From positions 1,088,001 through 1,152,000 of the forward strand of contig CAXXHO010000005.1 of NCBI GenBank assembly GCA_963667725.2: a stretch of DNA of 64,000 nt, in the 5' to 3' direction. This document shows, in pieces, positions 28,501 to 37,057 of this stretch (position 1 is its first letter; the number at the start of each line of letters is the position of its first letter). The DNA comes from Treponemataceae bacterium. Lineage in GTDB: Bacteria > Spirochaetota > Spirochaetia > Treponematales > Rectinemataceae. Made by a program: the position numbers and the translations under genes. The notes under the pieces were generated by a model that worked only from the letters and a program-made list of their open reading frames with translations, had not been told where the DNA came from and did no database searches.

Positions 28501-28858
28501 TTGCGGCGGAACCTGCGAAACCAATCTCGTCTATGCTTGTTCGGGGGCGGCCAATACAGGCCTTCTGGCGGATCAGGTCATGAGGACCCTCAATCGCGAA
28601 GGGGTGGCCGACTCTACCTGCCTCGCGGCTATGGGTGCCGATCTCTCCGGCTTTCTGGAATCGGCCAGGAACGCGACACGAAACATCGTCCTCGATGGCT
28701 GCAAGGTTTCGTGCGGGAAAAGGATTTTCGAGAAGAACGGGATTCCCTATACACAGTTCGTCATGACCGATTTCGGCGTGGAGAAGGGTAAGACAAAAAT
28801 CACCGGCGATCTGGTCGATTCGATAGCCGCGAGCATCGGCGAGAAGGTAAGGGCATGA
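28490..28858 (+). CDS. DGC-domain putative zinc-binding protein
   Basis: CNC, YACSGAANTG, TCLA and LDGC...C motifs. Confidence 0.82.
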   Translation: MPCNCGGTCETNLVYACSGAANTGLLADQVMRTLNREGVADSTCLAAMGADLSGFLESARNATRNIVLDGCKVSCGKRIFEKNGIPYTQFVMTDFGVEKGKTKITGDLVDSIAASIGEKVRA

Positions 28859-30039
28859 GCTCGAAAGAATGGTCTCCGAATAAAAAACTGATCCTTGTCT
28901 TTGGCGTCTTTCTCGCCGCCTATTTCATCCCCTTCGAGGCGCCGCGCGTCCTTGGGGCGACGAACGAGGCCTTCCTCATGCTGGGCGAGTACGCACGCCA
29001 GCATGTACTTCTCTGCCTAGTGCCCGCCATGTTCATCGCGGGCGCCATCACCGTTTTCCTCAACCAGCAGGCGGTGATGCGCTACCTGGGGCCGGACGCC
29101 AACCGCTTCGTCGCCTATGGCGTGGCATCGGTTTCCGGCGCTATCCTGGCTGTCTGTTCCTGCACGGTGCTGCCCATATTCAAGGGAATCTACAAGAAGG
29201 GCGCCGGCCTCGGCCCGGCTGTAGCCTTTCTTTATTCGGGTCCGGCGATCAATATTCTCGCGATCGTGCTCTCCGCCAAGGTGTTCGGCTGGAAGCTCGG
29301 CGTCGCGAGGACGGCAGGCGCCATTGTCTTCTCCGTGGTGATCGGCCTAATGATGGCTCTCATTTTCCGCAAGGATGACGCCAAACGAGCCGCTGATGCC
29401 CGGATGTTTACCGCGCCCGGCGAAAAGCCCTCTCGCAGCCTCGGCCAGATGATTGTCTACATGGCGAGCATGATCGGCATACTCGTCTTCGTGAACTGGG
29501 CCAGTTCCAAGGGAGGAAGCTCCGTATGGGACGCCATTTTCGCGGCGAAATACTGGATCACGGGCGCCTTCGCCCTTGTCCTTGCCTACACGGTGATCCG
29601 CTGGTTCAACAAGGACGAAAGGGTGGAATGGGTGGTCGCGACCCGCGATTTCTCGCTCCAGATCCTTCCCCTGCTCTTCGGCGGCGTCCTCGTCTCGGGC
29701 TTCCTTCTCGGACGTCCCGGCCATGACGCGCTTATCCCGAGCGCATGGATAGCAAGCCTTCTCGGAGGCAATTCCTTTTTCGCGAATTTCGCGGCCTCCT
29801 TCGCGGGAGCCCTCATGTATTTCGCCACCCTCACCGAGATCCCCATAGTACAGGGGCTCCTGGGCGCGGGCATGGGGCAGGGGCCGGCGCTGGCCCTTCT
29901 TCTCGCGGGGCCGAGCCTTTCCCTGCCCTCGATTCTCGTCATATCGGGCGAACTGGGCTGGAAGAAAACGATAGTATATGTTGTGCTCGTCGTGGGTCTC
30001 TCGACGGCAGCCGGACTAGCCTTCGGGGCGATAGCCTGA
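28855..30039 (+). CDS. ArsP-family (DUF318) permease
   Basis: HVLLCLVPA, LAVCSCTVLP, FLYSGPAIN, MYFATLTEIP, LLAGPSLSLPS. Confidence 0.85.
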   Translation: MSSKEWSPNKKLILVFGVFLAAYFIPFEAPRVLGATNEAFLMLGEYARQHVLLCLVPAMFIAGAITVFLNQQAVMRYLGPDANRFVAYGVASVSGAILAVCSCTVLPIFKGIYKKGAGLGPAVAFLYSGPAINILAIVLSAKVFGWKLGVARTAGAIVFSVVIGLMMALIFRKDDAKRAADARMFTAPGEKPSRSLGQMIVYMASMIGILVFVNWASSKGGSSVWDAIFAAKYWITGAFALVLAYTVIRWFNKDERVEWVVATRDFSLQILPLLFGGVLVSGFLLGRPGHDALIPSAWIASLLGGNSFFANFAASFAGALMYFATLTEIPIVQGLLGAGMGQGPALALLLAGPSLSLPSILVISGELGWKKTIVYVVLVVGLSTAAGLAFGAIA

Positions 30040-30071
30040 TCGTGGCCTCGGCGGGGTAAATGGGGAATATC

Positions 30072-30455
30072 ATGAAGATAAAAGCCGGGATATGTATTTT
30101 ACTGTTCATCGTCGTGACTGGGGGCGTTGGGCCGCTGTCGGCCCAGACGGCAACGCTCAGCCCTCAGAAACCCATCGTTACCTTCATCGAACTCGGTTCG
30201 GTGAATTGTATCCCCTGCAAGGCCATGCAGCCGATAATGGAGGAAGTGCGAAATAAATACCCTGGCCAAGTCAGAGTGATATTCCACGATGTATGGACGC
30301 CCAAGGGCCAACCCTATGGCCAGTTTTTCAAGATCAAGGTAATCCCGACCCAGATATTCCTGGATAAAAATGGCAAGGAGTATTTCCGCCACGAAGGATT
30401 CTTTCCTGCCGAGGAGCTGTACAAGATTCTCGCCAAGGGTGGCGTGAAGCTGTGA
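30072..30455 (+). CDS. Exported thioredoxin-family protein
   Basis: Signal-like N-terminus; ELGSVNCIPCKAM CxxC; IPTQIF...EYFRHEGF. Confidence 0.85.
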   Translation: MKIKAGICILLFIVVTGGVGPLSAQTATLSPQKPIVTFIELGSVNCIPCKAMQPIMEEVRNKYPGQVRVIFHDVWTPKGQPYGQFFKIKVIPTQIFLDKNGKEYFRHEGFFPAEELYKILAKGGVKL

Positions 30456-31147
30456 TCACAGCCATCGTTAGCACGATAACCGGCGCGTTCTCCCATCCCT
30501 CCATTTGGGCCTTCGCCGCGGCTCTGCTTTGGGGTGTTCTCAGCGTATTGCTGAGCCCCTGCCACCTGGGGGCTATTCCCCTTATCGTCGCTTATGTAAA
30601 CGAAGGTAAAAGGCCCGACCGTCGGAAAGCCTTTTTTTTCTCCTTACTTTTCTCGCTTGGGCTATTGGCTATGCTAGCCGTCGTCGGCGTCGCGACGAGC
30701 GCGGCGGGGCGGCTTCTGGGAGATGTCGGACGAAGCTTGACGATTGCGATAAGCCTTTTTCTGGTTCTTTGCGGTCTATGGCTCATGGATATCCCTCCTT
30801 TTTCGAAAATATCGTTCTCTTTCAACGTAATGCCAGAGCGCCGGGGTCCCTTAGGCGCATTCATTCTGGGACTTGTTTATGGCGTTATTCTCGGCCCTTG
30901 TACCTTTGCTTTTCTTGCCCCGATGCTCGGCTTTGTGTTTTCGGCAGGCCGCGGTGAAGTCGCTTTCGGCATTTCCCTCATGATTTTTTATGCCGCTGGA
31001 CACACGTTTGCCATCGTCGCGGCGGGAACTTTCGGCGACTATGTGGGGGAATTATTGAGAAAAAGAGGTACTGGCACGGCAGGGATATGGTTTAAGCGCT
31101 TTTGCGGGCTCATTGTCGCTGTCGCCGGCGTTCTGCAAATCGTATAG
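30452..31147 (+). CDS. ccdA: CcdA/DsbD-beta membrane electron transporter
   Basis: About six TM segments with the two PC motifs LSPCHL and LGPCTF; GTG start overlaps the upstream stop. Confidence 0.8.
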   Translation: MITAIVSTITGAFSHPSIWAFAAALLWGVLSVLLSPCHLGAIPLIVAYVNEGKRPDRRKAFFFSLLFSLGLLAMLAVVGVATSAAGRLLGDVGRSLTIAISLFLVLCGLWLMDIPPFSKISFSFNVMPERRGPLGAFILGLVYGVILGPCTFAFLAPMLGFVFSAGRGEVAFGISLMIFYAAGHTFAIVAAGTFGDYVGELLRKRGTGTAGIWFKRFCGLIVAVAGVLQIV

Positions 31148-31200
31148 GAAATTCCGCGTTATTATAAAAATTGTTCCGCTATAGGAAATCCGTTTTTAAT

Positions 31201-31245
31201 TTGACGGGCTACGCATCTGGATATATACCTAGATCATCGAGGTAT
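31201..31245 (+). promoter_or_regulatory. padR promoter and palindromic operator
   Basis: TTGACG - 17 - TATACC; ATACCT-A-GAT-C-ATC-G-AGGTAT (31225-31245) overlaps the -10 and the SD. Confidence 0.6.
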
Positions 31246-31249
31246 TGTC

Positions 31250-31606
31250 TTGAAATGTATTGACTATACTGCCGAATGCTATTGGGATAGCATCCTGAAT
31301 TCCAGCCTCTGCAAGTTTTTCATTCTCAGTGCTTTAACTGACGGCCCGGCGCATGGATATGAGATCATACATCGCGTAGACAGAATCACCAAAAGCTTTT
31401 GCATCCCAACCCAAGGTACTATTTACCCAGTCCTGCGCGAGTTCCTCGACTGCGGCTGCTTAATATGCTCACAAGAGATCGTTCACGGTCGTACCAGAAA
31501 AATATATGCGCTGACAGCAAAAGGTTATGAGGCATACGAAATTGCGGTCGACATGTGGCAACGCGGAATGTGCTGTGTCGCCAGCGTGATCGCCAGGAAG
31601 GAGTAG
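31250..31606 (+). CDS. PadR-family regulator, cysteine-rich
   Basis: ILSAL..GPAHGYEI...GTIYPVL...GRTRKIYALTAKG; 9 Cys in 118 aa; TTG start with GAGG. Confidence 0.85.
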   Translation: MKCIDYTAECYWDSILNSSLCKFFILSALTDGPAHGYEIIHRVDRITKSFCIPTQGTIYPVLREFLDCGCLICSQEIVHGRTRKIYALTAKGYEAYEIAVDMWQRGMCCVASVIARKE

Positions 31607-31680
31607 GCCCGCGTTCTCCGCTTCTTAATGAATTATTAAGCCGTTTGGCTTTTAAAAAGTTTCATTATTCGGGAGGTTCT

Positions 31681-33366
31681 ATGAAAAAGCTGGTCTCCGT
31701 GGGAGCATTGCTGGTGTTCGGGTGTATGCTCGTAACCGCGCAGATGCCGGAAAACATTTATGGGCGCACGGCCCAGGGACAAAACGGCGTTGTATCAGCC
31801 GCGAAGCCCGAGGCTTCGCGAATCGGCGCCGAGGTTCTGAAAAAGGGCGGTAACGCGGTGGATGCCGCTGTTGCCACAGCCTTCGCCCTTGGCGTTCTGG
31901 AGCCGAACTCTTCAGGACTCGGCGGCGGCGGATTTATGACCATAAAGATGGCGAATATGGACGAAGCCGTGGTCATCGATTTCCGTGAAACCGCACCAGC
32001 AGCGGCCACACCGACGATGTTTCTTGGGTCCGATGGTAAGGTGATCCCTAGGTCCACTACGGAAGGAGCGCTTTCCATCGGTGTTCCAGGCGAAGTCAAA
32101 GGGCTTCTCTACGCTTTCAATACGTTCGGCTCAGGGAAGCTATCGCGCATGGAGATGGTTGAACCAGCAATAAAATGCGCGGTTACAGGTATTCCCGTCA
32201 CCGCCAACCTGGGAGGCCTGATAAAGGATAATTTTGACAAGCTCACAAAATACGAGAATGGCGCCGCGATTTACCTTGAAGACGGGCTACCCTACGAAAT
32301 TGGGTCTTCTTTCACGAATAATGACCTTGCCAAGACATTGGCCAAGATTGGGGCTGGCGGCGAAGATGCTTTTTATAGGGGCGAAATCGCCCAGGCAATG
32401 GTTGCCGAAGTCCAGAAACGAGGCGGAATTCTGACGCTGGAAGATCTCGCGAACTATGAGGTGAAAATCCGCAAACCGGTAAAAGGCACCTATCGCGGAT
32501 ATACTATTCTCTCGGTACCTCCCGCTTCCTCGGGCGGAACCCATCTCATTCAGATACTCAATATTATGGAGAACTTCAACCTTCAGAAAACAGGCCAGGG
32601 AACAGCCGCCACCGCTCATCTTTGGGCGGAAACCATGAAAATGGCTTTTGCCGACAGGGCAAAATACATGGCCGACACCGACTTCGTAAAAGTTCCTCTC
32701 GATGGGCTCAGCTCCAAAGAGTATGCCAGGACGCTCGCCGCCAAGATTAATCCTGACAAGCCCATGGCTGGCGTCACTGCCGGAGACCCCTCAAAGTATG
32801 AATCCGGATCCACGACTTCCTTCGCCGTCATGGACAAGGCGGGCAATATGGTGGCCGTCACCAAATCGATAAACTATACATTTGGCTCCGGTATCGTCGT
32901 TCCCGGCTGGGGCATCGTCATGAACGATCATATGGACGATTTCGTGGCCACTCCGGGTTCCGTCAACTCTGTCGAGCCAGGCAAGCGCCCCCTATCCAGC
33001 ATGAGCCCTACCCTCGTCCTCGACCCGCAGGGAAGGTCATTCATGGCTGTCGGTTCTCCGGGAGCGACGAGGATTTTCACGACGGTGGCGCAGATCATCT
33101 CCAACGTGGTGGACTTTAGCATGCCGATCGACCAGGCGATTTTCTATCCGCGCCTCTTTCAGATGGCGTCAGGCTCTCTGAATATGGAAGGCCGCTATTC
33201 CATCAATTCCATGGAGGCGCTCAAGAAGCTGGGCCACACGGTCACTGTCCGCAACGATTGGGATGTCTACTTCGGCGGCGTACACGCCGTCCTATATGAC
33301 TATAGCGCGGGCCTCCTTTATGGAGGCGCCGATCCCAGACGCGACGGCATAGCGGCCGGGTTCTGA
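31681..33366 (+). CDS. ggt: Gamma-glutamyltransferase (exported)
   Basis: GGNAVDAAVA, SGLGGGGF, IDFRETAP, PPASSGG, nucleophile region STTSF, PGKRPLSSMSP, GSPG, GADPRR; GGAGG before ATG 31681. Confidence 0.93.
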   Translation: MKKLVSVGALLVFGCMLVTAQMPENIYGRTAQGQNGVVSAAKPEASRIGAEVLKKGGNAVDAAVATAFALGVLEPNSSGLGGGGFMTIKMANMDEAVVIDFRETAPAAATPTMFLGSDGKVIPRSTTEGALSIGVPGEVKGLLYAFNTFGSGKLSRMEMVEPAIKCAVTGIPVTANLGGLIKDNFDKLTKYENGAAIYLEDGLPYEIGSSFTNNDLAKTLAKIGAGGEDAFYRGEIAQAMVAEVQKRGGILTLEDLANYEVKIRKPVKGTYRGYTILSVPPASSGGTHLIQILNIMENFNLQKTGQGTAATAHLWAETMKMAFADRAKYMADTDFVKVPLDGLSSKEYARTLAAKINPDKPMAGVTAGDPSKYESGSTTSFAVMDKAGNMVAVTKSINYTFGSGIVVPGWGIVMNDHMDDFVATPGSVNSVEPGKRPLSSMSPTLVLDPQGRSFMAVGSPGATRIFTTVAQIISNVVDFSMPIDQAIFYPRLFQMASGSLNMEGRYSINSMEALKKLGHTVTVRNDWDVYFGGVHAVLYDYSAGLLYGGADPRRDGIAAGF

Positions 33367-33377
33367 TTCTCTTCTAT

Positions 33378-33422
33378 ACCTGAGATACCCGAGGCGCATG
33401 CATGCCTCGGGCTATCCCAGGT
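33378..33422. other. Imperfect intergenic stem-loop between ggt and the ArsP permease
   Basis: ACCTG.GATA-CCCGAGGC-GCATGCAT-GCCTCGGG-C-TATC.CAGGT; no U-tract. Confidence 0.6.
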
Positions 33423-33468
33423 GTCACGCCAGCGTTTAAGCAAGCCTGCTCGGCTTCAGGGCTAATCG

Positions 33469-34353
33469 ATGAATTCTTTCATGGTGACATTGCGTTTTTT
33501 CGGTTTGATTTTTGCGGAGTTGACAGTCCTCTTTTTGGGGATAAGCACCTTGGACTGCATTGTTTTCGAGTACGTATCCGATGATACGCTCAAGCGATGG
33601 CTGTCCAGAAAGGGTTTGCTGGGCAATTTCCTCGGCGCGGCGATGGGGGCGGTGACGCCCTTCTGCTCTTGCTCGACAATTCCCATGACCGTCGGGCTTC
33701 TGCGCGCCGGTGTGCCTTTTGGCGCCACGATGTCATTCGTTCTCGCCTCCCCCCTGCTCAACCCGATCATACTGACGATGTTCTGGGTATTGCTTGGCTG
33801 GAAAGCCAGCCTCGTCTATTTTATGGTAACTTTTGCGGCAGCCATGGTAAGTGGCGCGGTACTGGAAAATTTAGGATTTTCGAAAGATGTGAGGAATGTG
33901 CGGATCACCGGGGGCGCTCAAGAAAAGGAAAGACTCCCGACCTTCGGCGCGAAGCTAAAAAGAGCCTTCCTTGGCGCATGGTACGACTTTAGAGGTGTTT
34001 TGGCATATCTGGCGATCGGCGTGGCCATCGGTGCCGCTATCTATGGCTATATGCCCGCGGATTTTGTGGCCAGGATCGCGGGACCGCGGAATCCTCTCGC
34101 GATTCCCGTGGCCGCGATTATCGGGATCCCTCTTTATGTAAGGGCCGAGACGGTTATCCCTGTCGCTGTCGCCCTCACGCAGAAAGGCATGAGCATTGGG
34201 GCGGTGATCGCGCTCATTATCGGCGGGGCGGGAATGAGCATTCCCGAGATGAGCATGCTGGCGAGCATTTTCAAGAAGCGGCTGGTGGCGGTATTCATCG
34301 CTGTCGTGTTCTTCACGGCGGTGACAGCCGGATTTGTGTTCAATTTTATCTAG
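33469..34353 (+). CDS. ArsP-family (DUF318) permease
   Basis: GAVTPFCSCSTIP, FVLASPLLNP, GIPLYVRAE, IIGGAGMSIPE. Confidence 0.87.
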   Translation: MNSFMVTLRFFGLIFAELTVLFLGISTLDCIVFEYVSDDTLKRWLSRKGLLGNFLGAAMGAVTPFCSCSTIPMTVGLLRAGVPFGATMSFVLASPLLNPIILTMFWVLLGWKASLVYFMVTFAAAMVSGAVLENLGFSKDVRNVRITGGAQEKERLPTFGAKLKRAFLGAWYDFRGVLAYLAIGVAIGAAIYGYMPADFVARIAGPRNPLAIPVAAIIGIPLYVRAETVIPVAVALTQKGMSIGAVIALIIGGAGMSIPEMSMLASIFKKRLVAVFIAVVFFTAVTAGFVFNFI

Positions 34354-34368
34354 GAAGGAGATCACTGG

Positions 34369-34575
34369 ATGGAAGACAACAAGCCGAAGGGCGTACTCGC
34401 CACATTGTTCAGGCCCAAAAAGTCTGGTTGCTGCAACGTCAAAATAGAAGAAATAAAGGATGAAGAGGAACCGGATGGCTTGGGTGGATCGAAAACCGGG
34501 GGAGTCCCGAACGGCGCCCCTAAGGACAATGCCTCAGACAATGACACAAATGGGAAAAGGAAACCTTGCTGTTGA
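34369..34575 (+). CDS. Small protein with two vicinal Cys-Cys pairs (candidate metalloid-binding peptide)
   Basis: 68 aa; KSGCCNVKIEE and C-terminal KPCC; AGGAG before ATG. Confidence 0.7.
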   Translation: MEDNKPKGVLATLFRPKKSGCCNVKIEEIKDEEEPDGLGGSKTGGVPNGAPKDNASDNDTNGKRKPCC

Positions 34576-34688
34576 AGACTTCGGTTTAGAGGATAGCCAT
34601 GAGGGGAGAAGTCGACTTTTCCAAGAAAAGCCTGCTGGGGATTTTCAGGATGGGCATACGATCCTGATCCCCCGCGATGTATGTCAAT

Positions 34689-35024
34689 TTATGGCAAGGC
34701 CGCGGTCACGTCGGCGTAGACGTCGAAGACGCGGTCCAGCATCATGAGCTTGATGACGGCCGCTACCTGGCTGCCAAGGCTCGCCAGCCTGAGGAATCCG
34801 CCGGCCTCCCGCGTCGCCTTGAGTCCCGAGATCAGGGCGGAGAGCCCCGAGCTGTCGATGAAGGTGACGCCCGCCATATCGAGTATCAACCTGGTTTTTC
34901 CGCCCTCCACGATCTGCCTGATCCTCTGCTTGAACTCGGGCGCGCTCGCGCCGTTCAGCCGGCCCGAGAGGGCGACGATGTCGCAGCCTTCCCCGCCGTT
35001 TTTCTCCACAATGACAAGGTCCAT
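34689..35024 (-). CDS. STAS-domain anti-anti-sigma factor (RsbV/SpoIIAA-like)
   Basis: LSGRL...LILDMAGVTFIDSSGLSAL, with the phospho-acceptor Ser present. Confidence 0.9.
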   Translation of the reverse strand: MDLVIVEKNGGEGCDIVALSGRLNGASAPEFKQRIRQIVEGGKTRLILDMAGVTFIDSSGLSALISGLKATREAGGFLRLASLGSQVAAVIKLMMLDRVFDVYADVTAALP

Positions 35025-35041
35025 TCAGGAATCCTCCATGC

Positions 35042-37057
35042 TCAATGCGTTATGTCGCGTTCGGTCAAAAATTCCGGCGGCTCGGCGCTCCAGTCCTTGG
35101 GGAGCTGGTAATACAGCGCCTTCACTACTATGCCTAGAGAAAGGACGTTGTACGCCGACCAGAAGAGATTGACTACGAGCCCTATGACGTTGAGGCCTCT
35201 CCCGAAGAAGAACATGACGAGGCCGTAGATCGCGGCGGCGATGCTCAGGGCTATTATCGTCGCCTGAGGCCAGATCAGCCTGAAATCCCTCCCGCTGTCC
35301 CTGTGCTTGGGAGTGACGACGAAGGCCAGCTTCTTGCCGCCCAGGACGCTTATCACGGCTTTTATGTTGAGAGGGAACATGGCCAGGTTGTACTGCTCGC
35401 CCCTCCACACGGGAATGCCCGCCGCCACGAACCTGAACATGATTTTGTTCATGACGAAGAAGGGAATGAAGCGGACGAAGAAATCAACGGACCATGAAGC
35501 GACGGGCGCTATGCCCGTGAAGAAGAAGACGATGGGCGCGAGAAGGAGGACGAGGTTGAAGAAACCGGAGAAGTAGGAATACATGGTGGCGAAATACATG
35601 AGTTTCTGCGCGAAGGACAGGCCTTTCTTGGTGAATGGATTCTCCCTGAGAAAAACCTGTATGGTGCCCTGGGCCCAGCGTAGCCTTTGCTTGAGCGATG
35701 TTCCGAAATCCTCGGGAGCGAGGCCGTAGGCCAGCACCTCAGGGTAGAACACGCTCTTCCAGCCGAAGGAGTGAAGGCGCATGGCAGTGGCCATGTCCTC
35801 GGTGATGCTGATCGTGGCGAGGGCCTGCACGGGGATGGCCTCCTCGCTGCGCGAGAGGTTGAGGGCCTCCATGTATTCGGGCGATATCCTGAGCTTGTCG
35901 AGGGCCGAGGAAGGCGCCTGCCGGCTCAGGGAGTCCAGGTTGCCCACGATGTGGCGGTACACGGCGGCCGCGTCCATGTCGCCGCTCTCCGCCAGCTCCT
36001 TCATCGCCGTCGCCAGCTCGCCGACGTCTTTCCTCGCGACGAGGAATTCCGCGTCTCTGACGGCTTCGCCCACGAGATCGCTCACGCGTTCGAGGGGGGC
36101 TTTGTCGTCGAGGGCCGTTCGGGCCGCCTTGAGTCCCTCCATCAGCCGCCCGACCGCGGCGCAGCTGTCCTCGTCGTCGCAGGAAGTCTTGGCCGTCCGC
36201 TTGATGAGGTTCTCGATCGTTACCCTTTCGCGCTTTTCCAGGGTTTCCACGTATTCGCGAATGCCGATCTGCATGAGGGCTTCGCGGCGGAGCACGGCGT
36301 TGGAGCCGCAGAAGAAGGCGGCGTTCCAGCCGTCCTTGCCCTGCTGGATCGGGCCGTAGAAGAGGGAAGCCTCGTTGCCGAAGGGGTCGCCCGGCGGCAG
36401 GTTATAGAAGTACTGGGGCGTCTGGACGAAGGCGACGGCCGGATCGGCGAAGAAGCCCAGGGTCTTGCGGAAGATCGCGGGAGCCGGTATCTGGTCGGCG
36501 TCAAGGATGAGGATGAACTCGCCCGAGGTTTCGAGCAGCGCGTTGTTGACGTTGCCGGCCTTGGCGTGCCGCGGCTTTTTCGCCCACTCCGGACCCCGGC
36601 TGATGTAGCCGCAGCCGAGCTCGTCGGCCATCTTCTTCATCGATTCCCGCGCCCCGTCGTCGAGGATGTACACCTTCTTGTCGGGCCAGTCGATGCGCAT
36701 GGCGGCTTTGGCCGTCATGCCGACGAGTTCCTCGGGTTCGTTGTAGGTGGTGATGAAGACATCGACCTCGGCTTTTTCGGGAGGGGGAAGGGCTTCCCTG
36801 TCGATCTTGCGCCAGGACATCAGGACGAAGAGAACCATGTCGATGATGCCGTAGCTTTCGGCTATCACCATGGGGATGGCGAACCAGAGGGCTTTCATGT
36901 TGAGGCTCGCTAAATAACGCCAGATGATGTAGTTCAGCCCCAGGGCGACGGAGACGAGGCCGATCGCGCGGGAGAGAAGGAGCCGGTGGTCGCCGCGGCC
37001 ATGGCTGCCGTCACGGGGGCTGCCGCCAGGATGGCGGCCGCTTCGGGCTGGATTCAT
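35042..37057 (-). CDS. BcsA/cellulose-synthase-like processive GT2 glycosyltransferase, no PilZ domain
   Basis: FITTYNEP, LDDG, HAKAGN, LDAD, QTPQ, FFCGS, TED, QRLRW, FVVTPK; start ATG 37057 overlaps the upstream stop (the ORF-track 5' extension to 37795 is spurious). Confidence 0.88.
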   Translation of the reverse strand: MNPARSGRHPGGSPRDGSHGRGDHRLLLSRAIGLVSVALGLNYIIWRYLASLNMKALWFAIPMVIAESYGIIDMVLFVLMSWRKIDREALPPPEKAEVDVFITTYNEPEELVGMTAKAAMRIDWPDKKVYILDDGARESMKKMADELGCGYISRGPEWAKKPRHAKAGNVNNALLETSGEFILILDADQIPAPAIFRKTLGFFADPAVAFVQTPQYFYNLPPGDPFGNEASLFYGPIQQGKDGWNAAFFCGSNAVLRREALMQIGIREYVETLEKRERVTIENLIKRTAKTSCDDEDSCAAVGRLMEGLKAARTALDDKAPLERVSDLVGEAVRDAEFLVARKDVGELATAMKELAESGDMDAAAVYRHIVGNLDSLSRQAPSSALDKLRISPEYMEALNLSRSEEAIPVQALATISITEDMATAMRLHSFGWKSVFYPEVLAYGLAPEDFGTSLKQRLRWAQGTIQVFLRENPFTKKGLSFAQKLMYFATMYSYFSGFFNLVLLLAPIVFFFTGIAPVASWSVDFFVRFIPFFVMNKIMFRFVAAGIPVWRGEQYNLAMFPLNIKAVISVLGGKKLAFVVTPKHRDSGRDFRLIWPQATIIALSIAAAIYGLVMFFFGRGLNVIGLVVNLFWSAYNVLSLGIVVKALYYQLPKDWSAEPPEFLTERDITH

